From the IMG/VR virus record IMGVR_UViG_3300042889_001503, positions 124,001-188,000 of that record: DNA of 64,000 bases. One strand, written 5' to 3'. A program made the translations under genes and the position numbers. The notes beneath the pieces were generated by a model. That model made no database searches and was not told the DNA's origin. It saw nothing but the letters and a program-made list of their open reading frames with translations. Shown piece after piece: positions 1 through 10,919 of the stretch; position 1 is the first letter of the stretch; each line of letters opens with the position of its first letter.

Positions 1-1
1 A

Positions 2-319
2 ATCATTACGATTGTTTCGGAATATTTTAATCCGGAAAATAGACAAATGGGTGAAAATGTTAATATTTCTGAATTAAGAAGATTAATACAAAGTGAAAAC
101 GGGGTAATTTCATTATCCGATATTCAAGTCTTTAATAAAGTTGGTGGACAGTATTCATCATCTCAAACATCTCAACGATATATTGACAGTACAACTTATC
201 AGATAGGGTTAATTGATGATACAATCTTTGCGGAACCAAACCAAACTTACCAAATAAAATATGCAAACAAAGATATAAACATTAGAGTTAAAAATTTAAA
301 AACGGTTAATTTCTCTTGA
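2..319 (+). CDS. C-terminal part of a probable baseplate wedge protein (5' truncated by window)
   Basis: Frame is open from position 2. Sequence 'GENVNISELRRLIQSENGVISL...DINIRV' resembles the C-terminus of baseplate J/gp6-like proteins, and it precedes the structural module. Confidence 0.5.
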   Translation: MITIVSEYFNPENRQMGENVNISELRRLIQSENGVISLSDIQVFNKVGGQYSSSQTSQRYIDSTTYQIGLIDDTIFAEPNQTYQIKYANKDINIRVKNLKTVNFS

Positions 320-350
320 TAATTTAATCGGTATTCTCTATTTTTAATAA

Positions 351-1277
351 ATGGATTATATTACAGATATTTTAACTTTTATTAAAGGGTATAATGGGAC
401 TTGGTCTCAATGTTTTGTTGCGGGATTATATCTTAACTTCAGATTGATTTGTTCTTTTATTATTTTTTTGATTTTTTTTAATCAAATTAGGGTAACTAAA
501 AAAGTAACAAAATTTCAAATTTTTTTATTAATAATTGTTAGTTCTTTTATTACTTCAGATATTACCGATTTTAATGAAAGAAGAAAATTAGAAACAATCC
601 AACACCCCCAAGATTATTTTAATAAAAATACCAAAAATTTAGTTATAGTTGTTGAAGGTTCGTTAGGACCATTCAAGGATGTGTCAGGGGCTAATGAGGT
701 TCAAATTGACATTTCTAAGTCGAGGGACTTAGATGGTTTGGGTTTGGTTGAAAGTAAGGTCGAAACTAAAGAGACAAGTGTAATTACATATATTGGAACA
801 AACAACTATAATTTAACGTCCGAAGAGGTTTTTAAAACAGTAAAGTATTTTAGGCTATTTAACCCAACAGGTAAGGTTGTTCTTATTGGACATAGTATTG
901 GTGGGTATAATGTTGCTCAGGTGTTGGATAATTTAAATAAAGAAAAAATTGGTGTTGATTTAGTTGTTTTCTTAGATAGTGCTAACCAATTGTATAATAA
1001 CTATGATTATCAAATTAAAGATAATGTTGGTTATGTGATAAACTTTATGTCTGTTAAATGGTCGGACAATATGATTTTCTTCACCAATTCAGGGGGACGA
1101 GTGTCCTTATTTAAGGATAATCGAATAACTAAAGTCCTTAATGTTGATATTCCTAATACAACTCACACATCTATTGATAACACTGTTCACAAATATGTTA
1201 TTAGTATTGTTAATAATTTTTTAGAAAAAAAATCAAACCCTATTGATTTTGTTAAACAATATAAGTTTAAACCATAA
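351..1277 (+). CDS. Membrane-anchored alpha/beta hydrolase (lipase/esterase-like)
   Basis: GHSIGG nucleophile elbow, VVFLDSA, C-terminal THTSID His, two N-terminal hydrophobic segments. Confidence 0.75.
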   Translation: MDYITDILTFIKGYNGTWSQCFVAGLYLNFRLICSFIIFLIFFNQIRVTKKVTKFQIFLLIIVSSFITSDITDFNERRKLETIQHPQDYFNKNTKNLVIVVEGSLGPFKDVSGANEVQIDISKSRDLDGLGLVESKVETKETSVITYIGTNNYNLTSEEVFKTVKYFRLFNPTGKVVLIGHSIGGYNVAQVLDNLNKEKIGVDLVVFLDSANQLYNNYDYQIKDNVGYVINFMSVKWSDNMIFFTNSGGRVSLFKDNRITKVLNVDIPNTTHTSIDNTVHKYVISIVNNFLEKKSNPIDFVKQYKFKP

Positions 1278-1324
1278 TTTATTTTCAAAAAAAATGTTTT
1301 ATCTTTTAAAAATGGTATATAAAC

Positions 1325-1332
1325 TATTTATT
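1325..1332 (+). promoter_or_regulatory. TATTTAT upstream motif (putative phage late promoter)
   Basis: TATTTATT 13 nt before the ATG at 1346; same motif recurs before many structural or leader-bearing genes. Confidence 0.55.
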
Positions 1333-1345
1333 AAAAAAGATAAAA

Positions 1346-4300
1346 ATGTCAAAATCTTATAGAATAAGAACAAAGGTCGGTGTTGACACTTCAGTTAAAG
1401 TATTAATTGACCAAGAGTTCGAACATTTAGAAATATTATCCTTAAAAATATTACAAACAGACATCTATACTAGACAATGTGCTGATTATGGTGTTATTGT
1501 TGGACGTGTTAGTGTTAATAATGGATTTGGTGTTCCAAATGCCAAAGTATCTATCTTCATACCTTTAGATAGTAAAGACCAAGCTGACCCAATTATTTCT
1601 GAGTTATATCCGTATAAATCATTGTTAGATAATAATGATGATGGTTATAGATATAATTTACTACCCTATAAACCATCATATAGTGCTCACGTTCCTACCG
1701 GGACATTTTTCACTAGAACGGATGTTTTAACTAACCCAACTTTAATTGAAGTTTACGACAAGTATTATAAATATAATGCGGTTACAAACGATAGTGGTGA
1801 TTATATGATTTTTGGGGTTCCTGTTGGTGCTCATCTAATTGTTTTAGATGTTGATTTGTCTGACATTGGAGAATTTTCATTATCACCTCAAGATTTGATT
1901 AGAATGGGTCTTGCAACAGAAGCTCAAGTATCCGGAACAAATTTTAAATCATCAAATAATTTAAGAGAATTACCACAAATTGTATCGGTAAATAGAAGTA
2001 TTGAGGTTGAACCATTATGGGGACAACCTGAAATTTGTAATTTAGGTATAACAAGAACAGATTTTGATTTAAGTAGTGAGGCGAATGTTGATATTCGACC
2101 AACATCTATTTTTATGGGTTCTATAATTTCTGACTCAGATACTAACGCATTAAAGTCTAATTGTAAACCAACTAACAGGTCGGGGTATCAATGTAGTTTA
2201 ACTACGGGTCCCGGTGAAATATTGGCGATTAGACAAACAATACAACAAGATTCTAACGGGTTACCTATTCTTGAAAATTTTAGTTTAGAGGGGGGTGGTA
2301 AAGTTATTGATGAAAACGGAACTTGGTTGGTAGATGTCCCAATGAATATGGATTACTATGTAACCAATGAGTTTGGAGAACAAGTTCTTTCAAATGACCC
2401 TGAGGTTGGTATCCCAACTAAAGCAAAATATAGATTTAAAGTAAAATGGTCTCAATCACCATCATTATCAGACCTTACTAAAAGAGCTTATTTTTTAGTA
2501 CCAAATATTAGAGAATATAGTTCCAATCAATTTGAATCGTATGCTTTTAGCGTTGATTGGAATGATTATGGAAATACTCAAATGATTCAAGACGCTATAA
2601 ATTGTGATGATAAGTTTTACATAATGCAGTATAATAAAGTTTATACTGTATCAGAATTTATATATAATCATAGAGGGGGTAGCGGAAGTGAAAGGTATGT
2701 CGGTATTAAAAATATCTTAGAGGAATCTTGTGAAACTGAAAATAATAAATTTCCAACAAATGATGGTAATTTTAGGTTTGACATACTATACATAATTTTT
2801 ATGTTTTTCAGTATAATACTTACACCGGTATTCTTTGCGTTAATATTGGTGATGCACATTTTATATTTTGTTGTGTGGTTATTAAGGCTTATAGTTATAC
2901 CTGGATTAATTGTTTGGTGTGCTATTAGTATTATTAACTACGGGATATTGATTCTTGGTTGTGTTCCATATGCTTTAGGGATGATTGCGGGGTATTTGGC
3001 TATGATAGTTATATATATAATATTAGGACTTCTTTTGGCGTATATTTTAAGGCTGTTATGGAAACTTGACTTAAAAGGGATAAAAGTTCCTATATTAACA
3101 TATCCGGATTGTGACCTTTGTTCTTGTGAACAAGGACAAAGTGTTAATGAAAACCCTGACCCGGATGGTAATGATGAGGATGAAGAAAATGAATTAGTAC
3201 CGTGTCCAACAATATCGTCAGACCCTAAACCAATATCACCATTAAATGCTGGTTTAATAAGTGTTCCATTATCTACCTTTGCAACGTTTAAATTACCATC
3301 CTTTAATGCTGAGACAAATCCAAATGGGTTTCCGGGTCAAAGAAAAGTTATTTTTGCTAATGATTTTGCGGGGTATCAATTTGATAATCAATATGGGTCA
3401 TCCACTATTGGAGCACCTTACTTACAAAGTGAGGTTATTGCTGTGGGTGAAGGGGGTGATAGTACATCTTTTGCGTATGATTGGTTTACTAACGCATTAC
3501 CAATGGCGGATAGAATTAACTTATTTAATGTTAAAGCGAAATATTTTAATAGTGGTACAACTAATCCGGGAGGTGGTGTTAATAGAATTAATGTTACTTT
3601 TGACGAAGCACGTAATCCGGGTAAATTTCATAAAGATAATACTATTGTAATATTATGTGATAAATCAACTGCTAGAAGATTAGTTGCGGGAGAAATGTTG
3701 GCTTTTCAAAATCCGACTTTTAGTAAAGACCCAAATTTAACGGGAGGTATTAAAAATATATTTAATAACAACGCAATTACAGGAACAACATATACAGGTG
3801 ATACAACGGTGACAGTTAATTACGCACATCCTAACGGTATTAGTAGTATGTTATCAACTACTTATGATGTTAGAGTATTTGATGATGCTGGTCCATATAG
3901 TGCAAAAACAACTACAAATACCCATAAATTCCCTATTGATATAGAATATTTCCAAGTTATTACTGCTATGACATACAGTAATTTTAGTGGTCAATGTGTA
4001 AATACTTTACCTAATTCATTAAATAAAAAATACTTCAGAAATGAGTCGACTTTGTTTCAATTGTTCTCAACTATTAATGGAGGAAGACGGGATTGGACGG
4101 GTACTATTTTTAACCCAAATTGTTATTATCGACCTAATGGTAACACACATCCAGACCCAATACCTTTTGGAGTTCAAAAGTATGATTCGATGAATTATGT
4201 TAGAAACCGTAATGAAAACGTTGTTGTGATATTAAATAGAGGTGTTGACCCATATACCAGTAAAATACCAATTAAATATGGTATTGGTAAACTTTTTGGA

Positions 4301-7000
4301 CATCAAAATGAAAGTGATGTTGAGATTAGTGGTTACTATAGAATGAATATTCCGATTCAGGGTAAATTTTTAAATATTAGTCACGATGGTAATGAAAGGG
4401 CGGTTACAACACCATTACCTGCTTGGACACCATTACCAACTGGTAGCACACCAAATTATGTGACAGGGGCTACTTGGGTAGGTGGAATCCAACCAACGGT
4501 AGGTGGAAATATTAATACTGAAACAGGGTACGCTATTGGACAAAATTTATATTTTAACTCATTTTCTTATTGTCCTAATCAAAAAGAAACTTGGCAATTT
4601 GTTACAGGTTATACTCAGGGAGTGACAGCGTCTACTTGGACGCAAATGACATCTAGATTCTCAGGGTTTAATTCAAACTTAATTAGTTATTATTCTAACT
4701 TAGATAATCGTTCACTATTTTACGCACCAAGTTGTAAAAACGCACAACCTTTACGTGGGACAACTCAAACAAGTGATGATTCACTATCAAATGGAGCTTA
4801 TCCGAATACACCTACCGTAAGTAATGGTGCAAGTTCTTCACCATTTGGTTTACGAATAAGTTTAAATAATGATTTTACTAAAGCGTATACATACACTCCT
4901 TATGGGATGATAAGGGATTTTAATGGTTACTGTTATATGCAGGTACCTACTCCAGATAATCCAAGTGTCTATAATGTGACAGGTAGGACTGAAGGATATA
5001 TTCCTAATGAGATTGTTGAGGGAGCATCAATGATGCTCATGGACATTCAATATTTAAGAATTTCCCTTAATTTCGACCCATCCGATACTCCATATTGGTA
5101 TCAGTACGGTGATTATCGATTTCCTCCAACTCGAGTTTTAACGTATTATTATTCACCAATCTATAGTACGGGAAATACTATGAATTTTACATTAGGTAGG
5201 GTTGGTTCTTATTCTGGTGCTAGTAATAATCAAATTGTTATGAGAGGCGATAGATTACCGACAGGGACTGTTGTTGAGGAATACTGTTGTAATGGACGTG
5301 TTTTACAAAAAAACAGTAAATTAACGTTGTATTTAATACCTTCGACAGGTGTAATCGGGATAAATTCAATAGCGGGGTCAACAGGGTCTTTTGGTAACGG
5401 GTCTTTAGATGATGTTAGGGAAGATTTAGTTGGTTCTCCAAAAATAAATCGAGTTATAAACACTTTTACCTGTGCTGGTTCCGTTAATTTGGACTGTTAT
5501 GGTTGTACTCCAAGTCCTGTAAATAGTACTATATTCGTAAGACCGAGAGGTGGTGATTGTCTCCAATATGAGGGTGAAACGATTTTTGTGGGTGGATGTT
5601 ATGTCTTTATTACAACAATATTTATTTCTTTATTTAGAGATTGGGAATTAATGTTTGAATGGATTGCTCGAAATATGGTGATGCTTGGTGCGTGTAGAAA
5701 TGTGTTTTCTCACAGATTTAATAATAATTGGGTGAATGGAGTATTATATGCTTTTCCATTTAAAAATGAGATTAGTGGGTTTAGTTCTCCAACATCAAAT
5801 CCACCAAACTTTCCGCAAGGAAAGAAATGTAATAGTGTTATTATGTATCATAATCCATCTAGAAGTTTTTATTATAGATGTTCACCTTATGACTCCAATT
5901 CAGGTGAATTTAGTGCTGACCTAAAGTATCCAACAACAATTATGGATTTGGGTCCTAGAGCGGACTTTTTACAAGAATTGGTGATGTCTGACGAGTATGA
6001 CGGATACTTGGTTAATAAGTTAACAAGTTCAACGTATTCTCACGTTGATGAAATCCTTAATTTATTTATTATAAGTAGATTTATGGATAATAACTTTTTA
6101 AATAATTTGTTAGGGGCGTTTAACATATTTGCGTATTTTCAAAATAGTAGAAAAGGGAAATATTTAATTGATGCTGATTACTCTCAATTAATTTCAATTA
6201 ATTCTGAATTAGGTGTTGCAGCATTCCAATCGTCGAATTATCCTGATGCACCAACAACGGTAGGTGCGGGTGGTTTTGTAACAGGTATTCGATATAAAAT
6301 TTTGTCGGGTGGAACGGCTTCTAACCCAACAGATTTTACGTCGATTGGAGCACCTCCGGGATACGTTGCGGGAACAACAACATTTATCGCAACAGGTCCC
6401 GGAACAGGTACAGGAACAGCATTGGTTGACCCTGGTATTCAAAACCCTATTTTCTTTGATTGTAAGAATTCTTTGGGAATATTCTTTTCATCGGATACTC
6501 AAATTAGAGATTATGTTTCACCAAAAAGAACAATAATAAATCCAACAGGGACAACATCAAGTATTTGTACATTTAATAATTTTACAGTTTATTCTCAAGA
6601 AGTTCCATTATCACAATGGAGAATTGATGGTGGTGGTGAGCATGCGGGAAGTATTTTTGGTGGTGAATCAAATGATTGGGATTTTCAAACAATTTTTTCT
6701 TCAAAATATCAATCTTTGGATAGGTTATTACCGGTATCTAGATATTTTAGAACTACTAATCAGTCACAAAATGACTTTTTTAAAGGTTACATATACGCAG
6801 TCACTAATGGGAATAGTTTACCAACTTACCAAAATAACTCAATAACTGCAAAACCACAATATTGGAGTCAAAATACTCCTGAAACAGATTTGATTACTGT
6901 CGGAGCGCCATTTCACTTTTATTTTGGACTTAGAAGAGGAGCGTCGGCATTTGATAGATTTAGAACAAAATGGATAAACACTAGTAACGTTATAAATTAA
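1346..7000 (+). CDS. Large (1884 aa) putative virion/baseplate protein with internal multi-pass hydrophobic segment
   Basis: Long ORF heading the structural operon. N-terminal carboxypeptidase-regulatory-like beta segment (GVIVGRV...GVPNAKVSIF...TNDSGDYMIFGVPVG). About 95 aa hydrophobic stretch; Cys-rich. Confidence 0.6.
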   Translation: MSKSYRIRTKVGVDTSVKVLIDQEFEHLEILSLKILQTDIYTRQCADYGVIVGRVSVNNGFGVPNAKVSIFIPLDSKDQADPIISELYPYKSLLDNNDDGYRYNLLPYKPSYSAHVPTGTFFTRTDVLTNPTLIEVYDKYYKYNAVTNDSGDYMIFGVPVGAHLIVLDVDLSDIGEFSLSPQDLIRMGLATEAQVSGTNFKSSNNLRELPQIVSVNRSIEVEPLWGQPEICNLGITRTDFDLSSEANVDIRPTSIFMGSIISDSDTNALKSNCKPTNRSGYQCSLTTGPGEILAIRQTIQQDSNGLPILENFSLEGGGKVIDENGTWLVDVPMNMDYYVTNEFGEQVLSNDPEVGIPTKAKYRFKVKWSQSPSLSDLTKRAYFLVPNIREYSSNQFESYAFSVDWNDYGNTQMIQDAINCDDKFYIMQYNKVYTVSEFIYNHRGGSGSERYVGIKNILEESCETENNKFPTNDGNFRFDILYIIFMFFSIILTPVFFALILVMHILYFVVWLLRLIVIPGLIVWCAISIINYGILILGCVPYALGMIAGYLAMIVIYIILGLLLAYILRLLWKLDLKGIKVPILTYPDCDLCSCEQGQSVNENPDPDGNDEDEENELVPCPTISSDPKPISPLNAGLISVPLSTFATFKLPSFNAETNPNGFPGQRKVIFANDFAGYQFDNQYGSSTIGAPYLQSEVIAVGEGGDSTSFAYDWFTNALPMADRINLFNVKAKYFNSGTTNPGGGVNRINVTFDEARNPGKFHKDNTIVILCDKSTARRLVAGEMLAFQNPTFSKDPNLTGGIKNIFNNNAITGTTYTGDTTVTVNYAHPNGISSMLSTTYDVRVFDDAGPYSAKTTTNTHKFPIDIEYFQVITAMTYSNFSGQCVNTLPNSLNKKYFRNESTLFQLFSTINGGRRDWTGTIFNPNCYYRPNGNTHPDPIPFGVQKYDSMNYVRNRNENVVVILNRGVDPYTSKIPIKYGIGKLFGHQNESDVEISGYYRMNIPIQGKFLNISHDGNERAVTTPLPAWTPLPTGSTPNYVTGATWVGGIQPTVGGNINTETGYAIGQNLYFNSFSYCPNQKETWQFVTGYTQGVTASTWTQMTSRFSGFNSNLISYYSNLDNRSLFYAPSCKNAQPLRGTTQTSDDSLSNGAYPNTPTVSNGASSSPFGLRISLNNDFTKAYTYTPYGMIRDFNGYCYMQVPTPDNPSVYNVTGRTEGYIPNEIVEGASMMLMDIQYLRISLNFDPSDTPYWYQYGDYRFPPTRVLTYYYSPIYSTGNTMNFTLGRVGSYSGASNNQIVMRGDRLPTGTVVEEYCCNGRVLQKNSKLTLYLIPSTGVIGINSIAGSTGSFGNGSLDDVREDLVGSPKINRVINTFTCAGSVNLDCYGCTPSPVNSTIFVRPRGGDCLQYEGETIFVGGCYVFITTIFISLFRDWELMFEWIARNMVMLGACRNVFSHRFNNNWVNGVLYAFPFKNEISGFSSPTSNPPNFPQGKKCNSVIMYHNPSRSFYYRCSPYDSNSGEFSADLKYPTTIMDLGPRADFLQELVMSDEYDGYLVNKLTSSTYSHVDEILNLFIISRFMDNNFLNNLLGAFNIFAYFQNSRKGKYLIDADYSQLISINSELGVAAFQSSNYPDAPTTVGAGGFVTGIRYKILSGGTASNPTDFTSIGAPPGYVAGTTTFIATGPGTGTGTALVDPGIQNPIFFDCKNSLGIFFSSDTQIRDYVSPKRTIINPTGTTSSICTFNNFTVYSQEVPLSQWRIDGGGEHAGSIFGGESNDWDFQTIFSSKYQSLDRLLPVSRYFRTTNQSQNDFFKGYIYAVTNGNSLPTYQNNSITAKPQYWSQNTPETDLITVGAPFHFYFGLRRGASAFDRFRTKWINTSNVIN

Positions 7001-7001
7001 G

Positions 7002-8879
7002 ATGGATGATATAAGAATAGTATTAGGGTCGTTAAGGTATAAAACGTCGACGGACACTAATTTATCGATACCAACACCATTGGTTCAAAACACAAAAAAT
7101 CTTGAAGAATTTGATAGGAGTATTGATGTTAATTTAGTTCAAATATTTAACGATGAAAGGCAAAAATCGACAACATTTAGACCGGTTTGTAAGTTTCAAG
7201 TGTTATTTAATAACTCATATACGGGTTCAACAAATTATGAACCATTAGAAAATAATTTATATTACATTAATGAAACTGCGTTAACTTTAAGACAATGTGG
7301 GGCGTTGTCTACCTCAGTAAGTTGGGAAGGATTTCCCCAATATGATGAGTTTGATTTTATTAGAAGTGATTACAATGTTTCGGGATACACGGTTCCAATA
7401 CCATCAACAATTCCAAATGGACAACCACAGGTTCACGTTGATTTTGTCGCTAGAAGTGCTTCAACCTATAATTGGAATCATTTTGTTAGTTATCCATATA
7501 AGAACATAGATAAGGTTATGAATTTTTATGATGGTACCGGGTCTAATGTTCCTACTTTTGTTTGGAATGCTGTTGATGGGATTCCTTTTATAATTAATAG
7601 TAAGGATAATGACGGTAATGATATTATGGAGGGAGGGAACCCTATAATTCAATTTAGATGTCCCGTTAAACACGGATTATCGGAATCTGAATTTGTAAAA
7701 ATAAAATTAAATAATGGGTATGTTAATACATATCAAGTATTTTCTTTTGGAGACGGTTTGCCGGGAACTAATGAGTATATCTTTAACATATTTAATATCG
7801 GATACGGGTCTTCAATTTTTGTGGATGACCAAACTACAGGAACATTTAAAAGAGTTATAAATTATGAAAACCCTAATGATACTACATCCAAATATTATGT
7901 GATTCAACATAAAATAATTACAGATGTTAATGACGCTGTTTTAGTTAATGCCGGGTTTGAAAAAAATATATTTGGGACTAAAAAGAAATTTGAAAGTCCT
8001 GTTTATACACCAAATAATGTAAAGAGAGTTTCAATTAAAGAAAATGCTCAATCATATACTTTATCGTTTAATAAAGATATTGATGTTAGTGAGTTGCGTG
8101 ACAATCAAAAACGACCAATTAGTGAGTTATATATTACAACAATTTGGAAAGGGTATTTTGGATTAACTTTTGGGGGTGTTGATAGTAATGGTAATGATGT
8201 GGGATTAAAACAGGGGTTTGATTTTAATTTACCACCGGATACTCAGTTTAATAACCCACAAACTTGGTGGGATGTGGATACGGTAGAATCAAATTTTGTG
8301 GATTCAAATAATAACGCATATCCAACGGGGTATTATAACACACCTTATGGTGGTAATGTGAATGGAATAAATATTGATTTCACATATCTTAAATCACTTA
8401 AAAGTGGTGACACAATAAATGGTAATTACTGTGAGTGGAATGATTATGAACAAAAAGAAAGAGTTATTTCTGAAATGTATCATAAGTTTACATTTAATAC
8501 TGATGTGTTTGATATGAGTTTGGTAGATATGAATAATAATCAATTTGGTTATTACTACAAACCAAATAGACGAATGAAAATAAGAGGGTTTTCTGATTAT
8601 ATAGAAACAGGTAGCATTAACAATATGGTGGGTGTTCCGGATTACTCATATTTTTCAACAACATACAATTCATTTATTTGGAGAGATTTATATACCTATG
8701 GTTTTAATGATGGTCTCGGTAATGGTGTTGATTATCCATTTTTAAATGGAAAACATTATCCATATGAAAATTTTATTTTTAGAATAATACCGGAAGGAAC
8801 TAATTATATAGAAAGTACTTTAAATAATTACGCAACTCTTTATGGAGCTGCTCAACCAACAAAAGACGATTGTGAATAA
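7002..8879 (+). CDS. Putative virion structural protein (625 aa)
   Basis: Tightly packed in the structural operon; beta-rich N/Y/F composition. Confidence 0.55.
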   Translation: MDDIRIVLGSLRYKTSTDTNLSIPTPLVQNTKNLEEFDRSIDVNLVQIFNDERQKSTTFRPVCKFQVLFNNSYTGSTNYEPLENNLYYINETALTLRQCGALSTSVSWEGFPQYDEFDFIRSDYNVSGYTVPIPSTIPNGQPQVHVDFVARSASTYNWNHFVSYPYKNIDKVMNFYDGTGSNVPTFVWNAVDGIPFIINSKDNDGNDIMEGGNPIIQFRCPVKHGLSESEFVKIKLNNGYVNTYQVFSFGDGLPGTNEYIFNIFNIGYGSSIFVDDQTTGTFKRVINYENPNDTTSKYYVIQHKIITDVNDAVLVNAGFEKNIFGTKKKFESPVYTPNNVKRVSIKENAQSYTLSFNKDIDVSELRDNQKRPISELYITTIWKGYFGLTFGGVDSNGNDVGLKQGFDFNLPPDTQFNNPQTWWDVDTVESNFVDSNNNAYPTGYYNTPYGGNVNGINIDFTYLKSLKSGDTINGNYCEWNDYEQKERVISEMYHKFTFNTDVFDMSLVDMNNNQFGYYYKPNRRMKIRGFSDYIETGSINNMVGVPDYSYFSTTYNSFIWRDLYTYGFNDGLGNGVDYPFLNGKHYPYENFIFRIIPEGTNYIESTLNNYATLYGAAQPTKDDCE

Positions 8880-9720
8880 TAACAGTTATAAATTTACCTT
8901 ACCAAAAGGTGACGACAAATATATCAATATACCGATTGAAATTAAATGGGATTTTCTTGGGCAAGGTGATGCCGTTGAAGAATATCAACAAAATGTTGTT
9001 GAGGATATTGTTGGATTTCCGGGGGATTTTGAAGTATTAAGATTTGCTCACGCACCGTATAGTAGTGATACAAAAACGGATATTAAATACGATTTTCATT
9101 TTTTTAGTGACTTACAGTTGGATTCAAATGGTAATTTAGTTCCAACGGTTCCTGTTAATCCATCTTCGTTAGTAACAACTGCTCCGTCAAGTTATTGGGT
9201 GACTAGTTATGTTCCGGAAGGATTTACCATAAGTGAAATATATTATTATGTAAAACCATTTACTAAATCTTTCTTTAAATTGGATTTTTATGATAGTAAA
9301 GATACTATCACTCAAACTAATTATTTTACAGTGATATTACCTGTGCAACAAGGGTTTACGGTAACAGAAGTTGTGAGTTCGTATAAACCTTCAGTTCAAA
9401 TTAAAATACCATCATTTAAGTTAGATTATGTGGGTGACAAAGAAGGGTTCTTTCTATATTGGTTAAGAAATAAAAAATTCTTAGACATTAGTAAATTTTA
9501 TATGACAGCAAAATTTTTTGATGCTAGATTGGGTGTTTTTGTTAAAATGACAAATACACCACAAAGTAATATTACATCAAAATTTATGTTTGACCCTGAG
9601 ATTTATTTTTATTATGAGGTAAGGTTAAATTATAATGAAAAAACATATGAAGTTTGGGATAATAGTGTAAGAAGAGGAACATCAGTTCCAATAAAATGGT
9701 ATGAATATATAAATCCATAA
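8842..9720 (+). CDS. Putative virion structural protein (true start may be GTG 8872)
   Basis: Operon packing; ORF track. Confidence 0.55.
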   Translation: MELLNQQKTIVNNNSYKFTLPKGDDKYINIPIEIKWDFLGQGDAVEEYQQNVVEDIVGFPGDFEVLRFAHAPYSSDTKTDIKYDFHFFSDLQLDSNGNLVPTVPVNPSSLVTTAPSSYWVTSYVPEGFTISEIYYYVKPFTKSFFKLDFYDSKDTITQTNYFTVILPVQQGFTVTEVVSSYKPSVQIKIPSFKLDYVGDKEGFFLYWLRNKKFLDISKFYMTAKFFDARLGVFVKMTNTPQSNITSKFMFDPEIYFYYEVRLNYNEKTYEVWDNSVRRGTSVPIKWYEYINP

Positions 9721-9721
9721 T

Positions 9722-10918
9722 ATGACAGAAAGAGATTATCATATTAAAATATCACCGGAATTTATTAGTGGAGACATTTTTAAAGTTAATTATAATGCTG
9801 GAACTATAACGGGGTCAGGTATTGTTAATAAGTGTTGTATTATTCCTGCAGAAACCTTTAAAATTGATTTAGTGGGGGCATCTTACATTTATTCGTCAAT
9901 GACAGAAGTCTTGTCAGGAGGTACAAACACTACTAATATTTCGTCGGCGACAACCAAATCAGGTACTTCTTTATTAACCGGATTAACTATCCCAATTTTA
10001 TTAACAGAAACTGTGACAGACATAGGATATTATTCTGTATTTGATGGTATGGTGTTACAACAAGAAACTATGACGAATTTTATCTTTTCGGGCAATAGTT
10101 CAAACTCAAAAAGGTGTTATGTTTATAATACATCGGATATTGAGTTTAAAAAGTATTTGGAGTTTTCTACATACAAGATTGATTGGGGTGATGGGCAAGT
10201 TAGTGCGGTAACATCAACATCAATGTACCATGATTATGCTAATAATACGGCATATACAATCACTATGTCAGGTATGAGCCCTTGGGGGACAAATGTAATA
10301 ACAAAAACGGTTAACACACCATTCACGGGTGTAACAATAACAAATCCTAAAGGGGTTGCTTATTTTAAACCTGCGGGTGGTAATTGGTCAAATACGTTAT
10401 TATCGTATGATTATATATTCAGTGGAGATTCAAGTTGTGGTGCAACATTAAATGATATTAATTTATTTAACCCAATAACATCAATTCCATTTTTAATAAC
10501 GGGATATACAATGTCATCGTTAAGTGATTTAAAACAATATGGAACGACTCAATATATACCTAATCAATGGGTGACGGGTAATACTGGTACGATTGGTAAA
10601 TATTCAGGAGTAAGTTCAAATGGTTTATATACCGCCTATACAATTAATGATATTGATTACTATGATTATTCAAATGGGACAACAATTTTTGTTGTAAAAT
10701 CTTCGGGTTTAACTTCTGATATGTTAGTTTGTGAAAAAATAGTAAAAAATGATTTATTAATGAATATAATTGATGAAGCAGAAGTACAATCCAACATATT
10801 TATAGAACGAGGGAAGAACTCAGCACTTGAGAGAGTTGAAAGATTGGGTGAGGTTGACAACGTAGGTGATTTAGTCAAATACGGATATAAATTTTTTAAT
10901 GTAAATAATAGTATATAA
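9722..10918 (+). CDS. Putative structural protein with PKD-like domain
   Basis: YKIDWGDG...HDY...YTITMSG matches the PKD/Ig-like pattern; T/S/G-rich. Confidence 0.55.
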   Translation: MTERDYHIKISPEFISGDIFKVNYNAGTITGSGIVNKCCIIPAETFKIDLVGASYIYSSMTEVLSGGTNTTNISSATTKSGTSLLTGLTIPILLTETVTDIGYYSVFDGMVLQQETMTNFIFSGNSSNSKRCYVYNTSDIEFKKYLEFSTYKIDWGDGQVSAVTSTSMYHDYANNTAYTITMSGMSPWGTNVITKTVNTPFTGVTITNPKGVAYFKPAGGNWSNTLLSYDYIFSGDSSCGATLNDINLFNPITSIPFLITGYTMSSLSDLKQYGTTQYIPNQWVTGNTGTIGKYSGVSSNGLYTAYTINDIDYYDYSNGTTIFVVKSSGLTSDMLVCEKIVKNDLLMNIIDEAEVQSNIFIERGKNSALERVERLGEVDNVGDLVKYGYKFFNVNNSI

Positions 10919-10919
10919 T

